DNA of 17,432 nucleotides from Tolypothrix carrinoi HA7290-LM1 (GTDB lineage: Bacteria > Cyanobacteriota > Cyanobacteriia > Cyanobacteriales > Nostocaceae): contig JAHHIK010000143.1 in assembly GCA_019358935.1 (NCBI GenBank), positions 1-17,432 on the forward strand, in the 5' to 3' direction. Below are positions 16,979-17,432 of the stretch, piece by piece. Under the pieces are notes generated by a model, which was not told the DNA's origin, did not search any database, and saw only the letters and a list, made by a program, of their open reading frames with translations. Made by a program: the position numbers and the translations under genes. Numbering within the stretch: the first letter of the stretch is position 1; every line of letters begins with the position of its first letter.

Positions 16979-17071
16979 ATCATCAAAGCATATCCCTACC
17001 TCGAAGAAGCTGATATTTATGAGGCACTTGCCTATGCTGCATAGCGAGTTGAAGAAATTGAAGTGCCTCTA
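16979..17071 (+). pseudogene. C-terminal remnant of a DUF433-family gene with internal TAG
   Basis: IIKAYPYLEEADIYEALAYAA*RVEEIEVPL; TAG at 17042-17044; N-terminal half absent. Confidence 0.75.
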
Positions 17072-17076
17072 AGATA

Positions 17077-17302
17077 CGATAAACGACTACCCGATTTCGA
17101 TAAACGACTACCCGATTTCGATAAACGACTACCCGATTTCGATAAACGACTACCCGATTTCGATAAACGACTACCCGATTTCGATAAACGAGTACCCGAT
17201 TTCGATAAACGACTACCCGATTTCGATAAACGAGTACCCGATTTCGATAAACGACTACCCGATTTCGACAAACGAGTACCCGATTTCCATAAACGAGTAC
17301 CC
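17077..17302. repeat. 21-bp tandem repeat, 10 full units plus 1 partial
   Basis: Unit CGATAAACGA(C/G)TACCCGATTT; variant order C,C,C,C,C,G,C,G,C,G,G; the last two units carry extra substitutions. Confidence 0.97.
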
Positions 17303-17308
17303 ATATTT

Positions 17309-17432
17309 TTGACATCCTCCCCGGTCTGAAGACACGGGGATTCCAAGAATCACTTCTTGGGTTTCCTCTTTCCGCGACTCGGCTTATTTAAAGGAGTTTC
17401 CCCACCCAAACAGAGGTCGATGTCTCCAGAGG
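17309..17432 (-). mobile_element. Right end of an IS200/IS605-family element, including the expected omega/reRNA scaffold region
   Basis: Minus strand ...GAAT-CCCCG-T-GTC-TTCA-GAC-CGGGG-AGGATG-TCAA|: GAAT guide, subterminal hairpin and TCAA right cleavage motif (17312-17309), as in IS608. Confidence 0.9.
17350..17432 (-). CDS. tnpB: C-terminal tail of TnpB (partial)
   Basis: SGDIDLCLGGETPLNKPSRGKRKPKK* ending just before the right-end hairpin; typical cyanobacterial TnpB tail, but no RuvC residues are visible in the window. Confidence 0.7.
   Translation of the reverse strand, partial: SGDIDLCLGGETPLNKPSRGKRKPKK

Noticed and set aside
16648..17044. ORFs 16648-16986, 16745-16951 and 16847-17044 as genuine genes
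   Set aside because: Chimaeras of STRR/SDR sequence and pseudogene fragments; only the DUF433 portion is recognisable.
17077..17302. CRISPR array
   Set aside because: Units are contiguous with no unique spacers and no cas genes are present; it is a tandem repeat.
1..17432. Whole window as a single transposon or plasmid
   Set aside because: The IS ends face outward (right end upstream of left end on the minus strand) and the content includes core genes pdhC, aas and recQ.

Overview
AT-rich chromosomal segment from a filamentous, probably heterocystous (Nostocales-like) cyanobacterium: about 17 HIP1 (GCGATCGC) sites, heptameric STRR arrays, GTAG-type REP-like palindromes and small structured dispersed repeats. 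Both window ends fall inside IS200/IS605-family elements on the minus strand. The left end (1-121) follows a TTAC target inside a methyltransferase gene and truncates it. A tnpB 3' end/right end (17309-17432) directly abuts an 11-unit 21-bp tandem array. Between them lie rtcB, two paralogous SAM methyltransferases, an Rpn/DUF4351 gene with a likely internal antitoxin start, pdhC, a hypothetical gene, a YlqD-family gene, aas, a GNAT gene, recQ, two DUF29 genes and a set of decayed toxin-antitoxin/nuclease genes (Uma2, hicA, PIN, DUF433), three of them broken at a likely Trp codon. All family calls come from motif recognition by eye; no database search was run.
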